Of a stretch of 64,000 nt of DNA, positions 63,609-64,000 are shown piece by piece. Under the pieces are notes generated by a model, which did not search any database, was not told the origin of the DNA, and worked only from the letters and a program-made list of their open reading frames with translations. Each line of letters begins with the position of its first letter. Within the stretch, counting starts at the first letter, position 1. Source of the stretch: Phoronis australis. Taxonomy: Eukaryota; Animalia; Phoronida. The DNA is taken from NCBI GenBank assembly GCA_002633005.1, contig NMRA01000053.1:1163322-1227321 (forward strand), in the 5' to 3' direction. The position numbers and the translations under genes are program-made.

Positions 63609-64000
63609 GTAAGTTTATTAATTTATCTATTTTGTTGCTTTCACTTCATTTAACATATATCGCCCAAAATGTTGTCTTAATTTGATTTTCCTTTATTTTA
63701 AGTTGCACACGGTAAGTTGACGGCGCTATTTGATGATCTCTAAACGCTAGTTTTTATACAATTAAGCTTTTACATGTAAGCTTGTACAGCATGCGCGCAC
63801 CCAGCCTTTAATATGGGGGGGGGGTCGAATTTCTGGCGATGTGGACCTTTTGCTGACACAAAAGCGGGAGGACTAAAAAACGGGGTACCACCTTCACTGT
63901 GCGTCTGCCCCTTTTTAGTGGACTTTTGTCTCGTTTTCTCGGACTTTTTGTTTCTCTGGGGCGGACCTTTTTGCCCACTTCGAACCCCCCGAGCCCCCCC

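Overview
Eukaryotic, intron-rich, AT-rich animal-like genomic DNA from a draft assembly (N gaps at 2393-2619, 13599-14123 and 37810-38030; single Ns at 23037 and 46267). Almost all ORFs in the supplied track are spurious; the real genes had to be spliced by eye. (1) A complete 14-exon NRAMP/SLC11 metal transporter on the + strand (6833-22859, about 559 aa). Its exon-5 splice acceptor has been amplified into an in-frame 51-bp minisatellite. (2) A family of secreted Cys-rich proteins that I cannot assign to a named family. Gene 1 (30185-44671, 175 aa) is signal peptide-KR plus modules A, B and C. Gene 2 (49556 to beyond 63608) is signal peptide-KR plus (A-B-C)n, with units apparently chained through a splice donor that overlaps the stop codon (AG|GTAA), and with candidate 9-nt microexons. 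Modules B and C resemble 4-Cys fibronectin type I-like modules. (3) Many repeats: a cluster of DINE-1/HINE-like (Helentron-type) non-autonomous elements whose ~150-bp internal repeats each carry a CTCF-like motif, GC-rich MITEs with 5-bp target-site duplications, tRNA-derived SINE heads, a CR1/L2-type LINE 3' fragment and minisatellites. All calls come from reading the sequence; no database search was possible.
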